Shown: piece after piece, positions 10,385-18,313 of the stretch | Layout: every line of letters begins with the position of its first letter | Position numbering within the stretch: position 1 is the first letter of the stretch | IMG/VR virus record: IMGVR_UViG_3300031722_000011 | Span: 39,444 to 103,443 of that record | Direction: 5' to 3' (one strand) | Source of the DNA: a virus | DNA length: 64,000 nucleotides | Translations under genes and position numbers: made by a program | Notes under the pieces: generated by a model | Database searches by the model: none | What the model saw: only the letters and a program-made list of their open reading frames with translations | What the model was told of the DNA's origin: nothing

Positions 10385-10501
10385 AATAACATAAATTGTT
10401 CATTTTAAAAGAAATATTAATCTATATATTGTAGTGTTAATGGAGATGATACTACAATATATAGTGTGTGAAAATAAAATAATAAATTAATATATAAAGT
10501 G

Positions 10502-10530
10502 TTGACAAGAATTTAAATTGGTATTATAGT
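10502..10530 (+). promoter_or_regulatory. SigA promoter of the antirepressor
   Basis: TTGACA-17-TATAGT. Confidence 0.8.
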
Positions 10531-10759
10531 ATAAACATACCAATTAATAAATTAATGTATAAAACAACAGTAGATATATACGTATTTTTTAATGATGTTC
10601 TCCGACATCAAAATTTATTTAATGTATGTATGAGTAATTTATGACTAAGGGTAGCTCCCTTAGTCGGATTATTCTAATTAAATAAACAATGGGGAATATG
10701 ATTAAAATGTATGTGAAAATACATACATTAAATAAATTATTAAAGGAGATGTTTCAAAA

Positions 10760-11695
10760 ATGGAACAAAACAAAATTATTAAATTATTTACAGAAGGAAA
10801 GGTACAAGTAAAAGAAAGAAAGTTCACCCGTTTATTAGGAGGGTTTTCTGAGACAAGCCCGATTGTTACAACAAAACAAATTGCAGAACTTTTAGGAAAA
10901 GAAATTAAACATGTAAATGAAAGGATCAATGCAAATATTGAACATTTTGAAGATGTACATATTCTAGATTTAAAAGTAGTCGACCAAACCGACTACAATT
11001 TAGAAGCTCTGAAAACACTAGGTTATACTAATATGCAGATATCAAAAGCCAATAATATTTATATTCTTTCAGAATCGGGATTTTTATTATATTTAAAATT
11101 TGCAGAAGGCGAAAAAGCAGTAGAAATATATAAAGAATTCTTAGAGGATTATTTTAAAATTAAGGCAGAAAATAAAATTTTAAAAGCAACTTTAAAAGAA
11201 CAAATTTCTCAATTAAGAGATACATATTATGTTACTTTCGGAAAAGGAATTGCAACTGGTGATACAGAACTATTAATGAAGTCTCAACAAATTAACAATC
11301 AAATAATAGAATTAGAAAAACAATTAACTGAAGAATTAACTATAGAAAAGTATAAAGTATATGAAGATAAATATAATCAATTTATGGATAATGATGGTTG
11401 TTTCACTTTTGAAAATGCTAGTAAAATACTTAGTACAACCGCAAATAATAATGGATTAAAAGTAAAATTAAATAAAATATCACTACCTAAAATGCTAAGA
11501 GAAAAATGTATTATATCAAAAGATAAGAGTGGAGATAGTTATAGAAATTTACCTAATAGTGGATATGAAGAATATTTTAATGTTACTACTCGTAATTATA
11601 CTACTCCTGCTGGTGAAAATAAGTCTAAAACACAATCAACAATTACAACTAAAGGATTAGATTTTATTTATGGGATATTAAAAGAAGCTAATTAG
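10760..11695 (+). CDS. Antirepressor-like protein (ORF6N N-domain, KilA-C/ANT-like C-domain)
   Basis: TTKQIAELLGKEIKHVNERINAN (ORF6N-like); YNQFMDNDGCFTFENASKIL...TITTKGLDFI (KilA-C-like). Confidence 0.75.
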   Translation: MEQNKIIKLFTEGKVQVKERKFTRLLGGFSETSPIVTTKQIAELLGKEIKHVNERINANIEHFEDVHILDLKVVDQTDYNLEALKTLGYTNMQISKANNIYILSESGFLLYLKFAEGEKAVEIYKEFLEDYFKIKAENKILKATLKEQISQLRDTYYVTFGKGIATGDTELLMKSQQINNQIIELEKQLTEELTIEKYKVYEDKYNQFMDNDGCFTFENASKILSTTANNNGLKVKLNKISLPKMLREKCIISKDKSGDSYRNLPNSGYEEYFNVTTRNYTTPAGENKSKTQSTITTKGLDFIYGILKEAN

Positions 11696-11858
11696 TAACA
11701 AATTAATAGAAATAAAACTAAACAAATGACAATATAGAAATGGACTGAAATAACGATGAGTAAACTTAGAAGACTTTAGAAATTATTGAATTAATTCTAA
11801 AGTGTTCATTTTTAAATTAAACTATTGACAGATAATAGTAAAAGAGTATAATAGTAAT

Positions 11859-11937
11859 TGTAAAGAAGTTAAAAACAAAATTATATAAATGTTTCATGCG
11901 ATAAGATGCTTAGTTCCAGTAAGTATCTTATTTTTTA
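11859..11937 (+). ncRNA. Putative type I antitoxin sRNA 1
   Basis: Promoter TTGACA(11825)-16-TATAAT(11847). Terminator ATAAGATGCTTA/TAAGTATCTTAT plus T-run. No ORF. Carries repeats complementary to toxin 1 mRNA. Confidence 0.65.
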
Positions 11938-12054
11938 TATGTAAAAAGAACTTTCTATATTGCTTCATTACCATCTCACATGAGTTCCAGTCACGCTTTT
12001 TAATTACACAATATTTACTCGTTCTTATTTCCAACTATTAAATTTTTCGATTAG

Positions 12055-12177
12055 TTATTTAATTATTGGGATATGTATATTTAAAACTGATGCTATCATA
12101 TTAAAAAGTCCGCCTAAGAAGATAAGTACTGATTTCAACAATTCGTTATCTATAGTAAATTTCTTGCAATGTTTCAT
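12055..12177 (-). CDS. Putative type I toxin 1, 40 aa (MKHCKKFTIDNELLKSVLIFLGGLFNMIASVLNIHIPIIK)
   Basis: Hand-translated, not in the ORF track. GGAGG RBS 7 nt before ATG. Promoter TTGTAA-17-TATAAT (12251-12223). Single hydrophobic helix. Confidence 0.7.
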   Translation of the reverse strand: MKHCKKFTIDNELLKSVLIFLGGLFNMIASVLNIHIPIIK

Positions 12178-12304
12178 GCCATCGCCTCCCTCCCAATTAG
12201 GAATATTCGAGATGGCAATATAATTATAACATTGTATGGAAGTAATTACAATTTAATGGAAAATAAATTTATTGTAAATAAGTATAGAATTGTGATATAA
12301 TGGA

Positions 12305-12455
12305 GATAATAAAAAGAAAAAGCCTAGCGTTGAAGCACTAAGCTATTTCTATAAACAATATCACGTTTTTAAAGTTTTCAAAGGACTATTGAATTGATAT
12401 GTAAATGAATACTAAATCACTGAATTAGCACTACTTAGTGGGGGGTGCTTTTTTC
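12305..12455 (+). ncRNA. Putative type I antitoxin sRNA 2
   Basis: TTGTAA(12272)-18-TATAAT(12296) with TG extension. Terminator AGCAC...GTGCT plus T-run overlaps the 3' end of toxin 2. Confidence 0.6.
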
Positions 12456-12581
12456 AGTTGTCTCAAAATAAAAATCTTTGTAATGAATTTTAACTAGGTT
12501 TTCGGAATTTAGTGCTTTATATAAAATTAATATAATACCTAATAATTCAATTACTTTAATAATAAAATCAAACATATCCAA
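12435..12581 (-). CDS. Putative type I toxin 2, 48 aa (MDMFDFIIKVIELLGIILILYKALNSENLVKIHYKDFYFETTEKSTPH)
   Basis: Hand-translated. RBS AGGAGGTG, TTG start (or ATG 12575), N-terminal TM helix with polar tail. Layout resembles C. difficile prophage type I toxins. Confidence 0.7.
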   Translation of the reverse strand: MDMFDFIIKVIELLGIILILYKALNSENLVKIHYKDFYFETTEKSTPH

Positions 12582-12894
12582 TAGCAACACCTCCTAGAAT
12601 TATATTTTCAATAATCCTTTGAGGTAGGAAACGTAATCAACCACCGATCCACCATATCGGCATTAAAACAAATTAATATAAAATAAATTAATACTAAAAG
12701 GAGAGAATTAAAAATGTTATATATAAAACTATAACTATAGTTAATTTCTTTTAGTACAAAATTAGTATACCATATATTTGTAAAAATGGATATAGTTAAA
12801 TAAATATATTTGTTTATAAAATATGTAAATATTGTAACATTCCCTTACAAATGGTATAATTAGAAAAATACTATTTAATAGGGGTTGGATAATA

Positions 12895-13650
12895 ATGAAT
12901 AAAATCTTTAAAAAGTTTATATCAATAGGAATAATAGCAAGTTCAATAAGTATATTACCTTTAACTGGGGCAAGTGCAGAATGGAAACAAGACACTAAAG
13001 GTTGGTGGAATGCTGAGGACAGTTCGTGGTCTAAAGGTTGGAAACAAATAGATGGCAAATGGTATTATTTTGGGCAAGACGGGTATATGGCTCATGATAC
13101 CATAGTTGATGGATTTAAAATTGATAATAATGGAGTATGGATTCAAAATAACACTGTAAATAATACAACTGAAACAAGTACAAATGTTTCGAATACTGCT
13201 AATAGTAATAATAGTTCTAATACTAATTTAACTAGCAATGTAGATAATAGTACAAGTAGTAATGCAAGTGTAACATTAAATAATACTGGTGTGATTAATG
13301 CAAATACAACTAATAATGTAGCCGTAGATAATGTAAGTAAAGAAGAAAAAGATTATTATAAAGCATTGAAGAAAATCCAAGAAACTAATCAACAAAATGC
13401 TCAAAATGCCCAAGATAATTTAAAGGCATATTATCAAAAACAATTAAAACAAGCAAAAGATGATTTAGCAGAAGCACAAAAAGAATTGAATAATGTCAAA
13501 GGGCAATTAACTAATAAGACATTAGTTAAACAAGCAGATGGAACATGGCAATACGTATATGTTGCAGATACTCAAAAAGTTGCACAGTATGAAAAGAAAG
13601 TGAAATCTTGTCAAGATAATGTTGATTATTATGAAAAATTAGCTAAATAA
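12895..13650 (+). CDS. Secreted cell-wall (choline)-binding repeat protein, moron
   Basis: Signal peptide ending ASA-EW; GWKQIDGKWYYFGQDGYM repeat; N/T/S linker; coiled coil. Own promoter TTGTAA(12832)-17-TATAAT and terminator ~13664-13695. Confidence 0.85.
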   Translation: MNKIFKKFISIGIIASSISILPLTGASAEWKQDTKGWWNAEDSSWSKGWKQIDGKWYYFGQDGYMAHDTIVDGFKIDNNGVWIQNNTVNNTTETSTNVSNTANSNNSSNTNLTSNVDNSTSSNASVTLNNTGVINANTTNNVAVDNVSKEEKDYYKALKKIQETNQQNAQNAQDNLKAYYQKQLKQAKDDLAEAQKELNNVKGQLTNKTLVKQADGTWQYVYVADTQKVAQYEKKVKSCQDNVDYYEKLAK

Positions 13651-13741
13651 TTCTAAATTGATTAAGACTTTAGATATGAATGTCTAAGGTCTTTTATTGT
13701 TGTGGGAAGTTGTAAAATATGTAAGACTAGAATTTTGAGTT

Positions 13742-14233
13742 CTAGTCTTTTTCCAATTCGTACTTTTCATCATCTAAAAATTGTATTCCTGTTTTTAATG
13801 GTTTATAATTTTTATTTAAATATTCAAATATTTCAACTAAAGATTTATTTAATTCTTCATTTTTCAATATTATTGAAAGCATCATTAAATTGTTGTCAGT
13901 ATTTTTATTCAAAGGATTAGCTAATGCAAATATGTTAGAAATAAATCCTTCAAACAAATTTATATCCATATGACCACGTTTTAATTGTGTTATTATTCCA
14001 GAATCAACCTTTGTCTTAGGAATCCATGCTAATTCACAATCTAATATATCAGCTAAGGCTTTTACCTCGGTATATCTAACTGTATCTCTATTCAATTTAT
14101 TAGTAAAAGCATTTGTAGTAGTAGATATTCCATAATTATTTAACTTATCAATTATTTCGAAATATTTTAAATCACTATTGAATATATATTCTTTTAATTC
14201 TGTTTTTGTAGAGTTTTTATTCATAAAAATCAT
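13742..14233 (-). CDS. Putative HTH transcriptional regulator
   Basis: FTNKLNRDTVRYTEVKALADILDCEL is an Xre-like HTH signature. Divergent from 14460. Confidence 0.6.
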   Translation of the reverse strand: MIFMNKNSTKTELKEYIFNSDLKYFEIIDKLNNYGISTTTNAFTNKLNRDTVRYTEVKALADILDCELAWIPKTKVDSGIITQLKRGHMDINLFEGFISNIFALANPLNKNTDNNLMMLSIILKNEELNKSLVEIFEYLNKNYKPLKTGIQFLDDEKYELEKD

Positions 14234-14459
14234 CTCCTTACATTTATATTATAGCACTAAGTGTCAATTGATACAAATATAAAAAATAATTACTAATACG
14301 TTGACAAGGTAACTAATGAGTGATATTATAAATACATAAGGTTGGTAAACAAAACCAATCTAATAAAAATAAGGCAATAACAAAAGTAGTTATCACCTAG
14401 TATATCGCAAATATTAGTATAACACATGTTAGAGTCTAATTCAAGGGAGATGTTGTATT

Positions 14460-15158
14460 ATGGAAAATTTTATGCAAACAGGTTTGAAAAGAGAAGCAAT
14501 AATTGAGAACAATGAAGTGAGCAAGTACATTAAAGAACTGCATAAAGAATACGATTGGTTTTGTCAGTTTTACGAAATAGAAGATGTAGATTTTATAGGT
14601 AATTATGAATTGTTCTTATCTTGTGGACATGTAGAATGGAATATTGATAGGCAAAATTTTTATTCCATTAAAGAAAATCAATTATATAATTTCTTTAGAA
14701 GATTAAAAACTGGTATTTATAGAAGTATTTTAGTTAATGATAAAGAAGTATTAATTGATGATGATAACCTTACAGATTGTTTGTATAAAACTTTAGTTGA
14801 AAAAATAGAAAACTCAAGTATTGTTATGGGTTGTGACTCCTTAAAAGTCATACATATATATGGAGAAATAAGTGAACTAAAAGGATATGATGAAATGTCA
14901 TATTTTGAAATATTTACAAGACAATTTTTAAATAATGAATGTGGTGAAGATTTTGGATTGATTGTTAAAAACGATCCTTATCAAAATGAGTTTAAGGATA
15001 CTCAGTTTAAAGATGTTGATGACTATTATAAGAGATGTAGTAATATAGTATTTGCTGAATATGTAGAAGAAAACAAATCAATGAATGGCAATGCTATTAG
15101 AGTTCAGTATAAAGGACGAGATGGACAAGTATTGAGTGAGATATGGCAACCGATATAA
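14460..15158 (+). CDS. Hypothetical protein
   Basis: ORF with GGGAG RBS and upstream TTGACA promoter (~14301). Confidence 0.7.
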   Translation: MENFMQTGLKREAIIENNEVSKYIKELHKEYDWFCQFYEIEDVDFIGNYELFLSCGHVEWNIDRQNFYSIKENQLYNFFRRLKTGIYRSILVNDKEVLIDDDNLTDCLYKTLVEKIENSSIVMGCDSLKVIHIYGEISELKGYDEMSYFEIFTRQFLNNECGEDFGLIVKNDPYQNEFKDTQFKDVDDYYKRCSNIVFAEYVEENKSMNGNAIRVQYKGRDGQVLSEIWQPI

Positions 15159-15199
15159 AATTAAATATTGTTTAAATGAATAAATATGGTATAATTAGA

Positions 15200-15300
15200 G
15201 TATAATAAAAGAAAAAGGACGATTGCTCGTCCTATGTATCTCAGCCAGATGTAGGCTCTAATTTAAGTATTCGGCTCTTTACTTCAGAATATTTATAATT
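15200..15300 (+). ncRNA. Putative type I antitoxin sRNA 3 (ends approximate)
   Basis: Extended -10 TGGTATAAT (15187-15195). The transcript starts in the toxin's terminator hairpin AGGACGA/TCGTCCT and converges on the toxin 3' end. Confidence 0.45.
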
Positions 15301-15458
15301 AGAGTCTTTATTATGTCTTGGTTAACACCATTTACAATAGCTTTAGATATCGAGTCTAATGCTAAAATAAACAATATAACTTTCCAAAGGCTTAATCCAT
15401 TCTTTTTAACTGAAACTGGTTTAGTTTCGTAATCCAAATGAATACGTCTCTCTTTCAT
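15279..15458 (-). CDS. Putative type I toxin 3, 59 aa membrane peptide
   Basis: RBS GGAGGAGGTGA, hydrophobic helix LSLWKVILFILALDSISKAIV, and a 14-bp hairpin abutting the RBS. Confidence 0.6.
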   Translation of the reverse strand: MKERRIHLDYETKPVSVKKNGLSLWKVILFILALDSISKAIVNGVNQDIIKTLIINILK

Positions 15459-15920
15459 CAAAATCACCTCCTCCAAAGTATTTTACCTTAAAAATAACTT
15501 ATTATATCTAAGATAAAATACTTTGGATTATGGTCGTTAGAACCATGAAAGACTACGTGATTTACTATATTGTTATAGATATTAATCTAATGTTTTAAGG
15601 TTTAATTTTGGACATGATTTGTTCAAATTCATTTTTCATAACATTTCATTTTTAACCCTTTATCTATTTTAATACAGTGAATACATTATACCATAAATTT
15701 GAAAATATAGATATTATTATTTTAATGAATTGATATTATAGGAATTGAAGAAAAGAAATTTAGAGATAACTTTATGCATACATAACGGAATTTGAGGATA
15801 AAATTAATATAATTATTGAATTAAATGGTGAAAGACAAGAATATATTTTGGAAATAGCTTAATTAATTTAATGGTTATTTAGAGTTGATTATAGGCAGAA
15901 ATGCTTTATAATATAGATAT

Positions 15921-16000
15921 GGAAGAAATAGATGTGGAATAAGGTTCGAAACTTATATTACATTGAACGGGCTATCTCCAATTAGCTTTTCTTCCTTTTT
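15921..16000 (+). ncRNA. Cloverleaf-like structured leader RNA upstream of a GIY-YIG gene
   Basis: Outer stem GGAAGAA/TTCTTCC plus T5, two inner hairpins, promoter TTGATT-16-TATAAT (15885-15912). Confidence 0.6.
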
Positions 16001-16045
16001 ATTAATATTGGAGAAATAAATTAAATTATATTGGAGGAATTTAGG

Positions 16046-17293
16046 ATGAACATAGGTAACTTAGAAGTATATGGAATTATATATAAAGTTGAAAATTTAG
16101 TTAATGGAAAAGTTTATATTGGACAAACTACAGAAGATAAAGGATTTGATGGACGATATTGTAGAAAAGGAGAAGATGTAGAAAGAGTTTATAAACAGAA
16201 TAAAAGATTAAAAGAGTTAGGATTAAGTTATAATAAACATTTATTAAGTTCTATAGAAAAGTATGGTTTTGATAATTTTAAAGTAGATAAAGAACTTGAT
16301 TATGCCTTTAGTCGCAATGAATTAAATATAAAAGAACAATGTTGGATAAGTATTTTTAACAGTTTTAATAATGGATATAATAATAATCATGGAGGAGCTG
16401 GGAATTCAGGATATGAAGGGCTAAAAGGAATAGATAATCCTATGAGTAGAGAAGTTGTACAATTATCTTTAGAAGGAATTTTTATAAAAACGTGGGACTG
16501 TATGGAATATGTTTCTCAAGCATTAAATATAAATAAAGCACATATATGTGGAGTATGTAATAATACTTATGGAAGAAAATCAACTGGTGGTTATATGTTT
16601 ATGTATAAAGAAGATTATCAAAAACTAACTAATAAGGATACTATACATTATAATAACGAAATTGGAGAATATAACAAAGAACCAGTTATGCAATTAGATT
16701 TGAACGGTAAATTTATTCAAGAATTTAACTCTATTTCAGAAGCTAGTAGATTAGTAAATGGAGCAACAATAGCAAAGATATCTAAGTGTTGTAAAAAAGA
16801 GAGAAAGTCGAATGGTGGTTTCATATGGATATATAAAAAAGATTATTCTGATAACAACACGTATTCATGGAATGGCATACACAACGGAAAATCAAAAGAA
16901 GTTATACAATTATCTCTGAATGGTGATTTTATAAGTGAATATTCTTCTATTACTGAAGCTTCTAAATTTGTAAAAAATACATCAGTAAGTAAAATATCAA
17001 AATGTTGTAATGGAAATTCAAAATCTCATGCAAGTTATATATGGGTATTTAAAAATGATTATAATAAAGACATCAATTATAAGTTAGATACAAAACATAC
17101 TGGAAAATCTAAAAAAATAATTAAATTATCATTGAATGGAGATTTTTTAAATGAATATGATTCAGCAAAAGAAGCCGAAGAAAGTAATAATATATCAAGA
17201 AAAGCGATAACTAAATGTTGTAGTGGAAAAAGTAAAACATCAGGAGGATATATTTGGAAATATAAAGAAGATTATAATAAAATAGCAATATAA
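16046..17293 (+). CDS. Free-standing GIY-YIG homing endonuclease with four NUMOD1-type repeats
   Basis: YGIIYKVENLVNGKVYIGQT...NGYN, plus four repeats of V.QL.L.G.FI...ISKCC...GGYIW.YK.DY. Confidence 0.9.
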   Translation: MNIGNLEVYGIIYKVENLVNGKVYIGQTTEDKGFDGRYCRKGEDVERVYKQNKRLKELGLSYNKHLLSSIEKYGFDNFKVDKELDYAFSRNELNIKEQCWISIFNSFNNGYNNNHGGAGNSGYEGLKGIDNPMSREVVQLSLEGIFIKTWDCMEYVSQALNINKAHICGVCNNTYGRKSTGGYMFMYKEDYQKLTNKDTIHYNNEIGEYNKEPVMQLDLNGKFIQEFNSISEASRLVNGATIAKISKCCKKERKSNGGFIWIYKKDYSDNNTYSWNGIHNGKSKEVIQLSLNGDFISEYSSITEASKFVKNTSVSKISKCCNGNSKSHASYIWVFKNDYNKDINYKLDTKHTGKSKKIIKLSLNGDFLNEYDSAKEAEESNNISRKAITKCCSGKSKTSGGYIWKYKEDYNKIAI

Positions 17294-17351
17294 AATGATT
17301 GGAATAATTATCTAACATATGGTATATTATACTATAAGAGGTGATTATACT

Positions 17352-17633
17352 ATGGGATTAAATCAAATTATTTTTTTGTTAATTATTTTAATTGTTATAA
17401 GTTGTATTATATGGCAATTATTTAAAAGTAGACAGTTATTTTTAGCAGGATTTATATTAAATTCTAATTCATATATATTATATTTATTTTCTTTAATAGT
17501 TCCGTTAGTAGGAATTATAGTTGGTTCTATAAAGATTAGCAAAGATGATAATTATAATAGAAATGTAGGGATTAATTGTATAATATTAAGCATAGTATCA
17601 ACTATTATAGGGATAATAATTATTACAAAATAG
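17352..17633 (+). CDS. Small three-TM membrane protein (moron)
   Basis: GAGGTG RBS, hydrophobic helices, extended -10 upstream, terminator ~17663-17690. Confidence 0.65.
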   Translation: MGLNQIIFLLIILIVISCIIWQLFKSRQLFLAGFILNSNSYILYLFSLIVPLVGIIVGSIKISKDDNYNRNVGINCIILSIVSTIIGIIIITK

Positions 17634-17719
17634 GAATATGAAAATAATATAATAATTTAGATAAGACTTAGTAAATCTAGGTCTTTTTATTATGTAAAAA
17701 ATAAAGGAGAAATGTATAA

Positions 17720-18253
17720 ATGGGAATTTTAGAAAAACACCAAAAGTCAAATATTAGATATTCAAATAAAGATATAACATTTTTTGAACCTACTGATGAA
17801 CAATTAAAAGAAGTAAAAGAAATCATTGAAAATAACATTACAATGATAAATGAACTAACAGTAAATCAAGAATTAGATACAAAAAGTATAAGATTTATTA
17901 TTCGTGAATTAACCAACATTGGTGCAGAAATAGACGAATTTACAGATGAAGAATTATTAAATAAATTAAATGATGGTGATAGAATTTTAAAACTTTTATT
18001 AAGAGAAGTGCAAAAATTTGTTAATGAAGTAGTAGATGACATATTAGATGAACAAATTGAAAATGTAAAAGCTTTTAATACCTTAATTAATATTTTAAAT
18101 AGTAAGCAAGATATTAAAATATTAGAAACAAAAGTAAATAAATTCTTTAAAAGGAATAAAATAAACATGAAATTTGAGGAATTGAAAGATTTTAAAAATA
18201 ATCCAGAAAAAGCACAAGAATTAATAAATAAATTAAATATAAAAACTAAGTAA
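17720..18253 (+). CDS. Putative tail assembly chaperone
   Basis: Directly upstream of the tape measure gene; helical and charged. Confidence 0.4.
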   Translation: MGILEKHQKSNIRYSNKDITFFEPTDEQLKEVKEIIENNITMINELTVNQELDTKSIRFIIRELTNIGAEIDEFTDEELLNKLNDGDRILKLLLREVQKFVNEVVDDILDEQIENVKAFNTLINILNSKQDIKILETKVNKFFKRNKINMKFEELKDFKNNPEKAQELINKLNIKTK

Positions 18254-18313
18254 AGAAGTGCCAAATAATCGGTACTTCTTTTATTTTTGAAATGAAAGGA
18301 GAAAAGATTATAA

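Noticed and set aside
12600-12760. c-di-GMP or other riboswitch in the toxin 2 leader
   Set aside because: Hairpins are present but I cannot see the conserved riboswitch motifs.
15730-15862. Degenerate coding-like stretch (...EFEDKINIIIELNGERQEYILEIA-stop)
   Set aside because: No start or RBS and interrupted by stops; too short to assign as a pseudogene.
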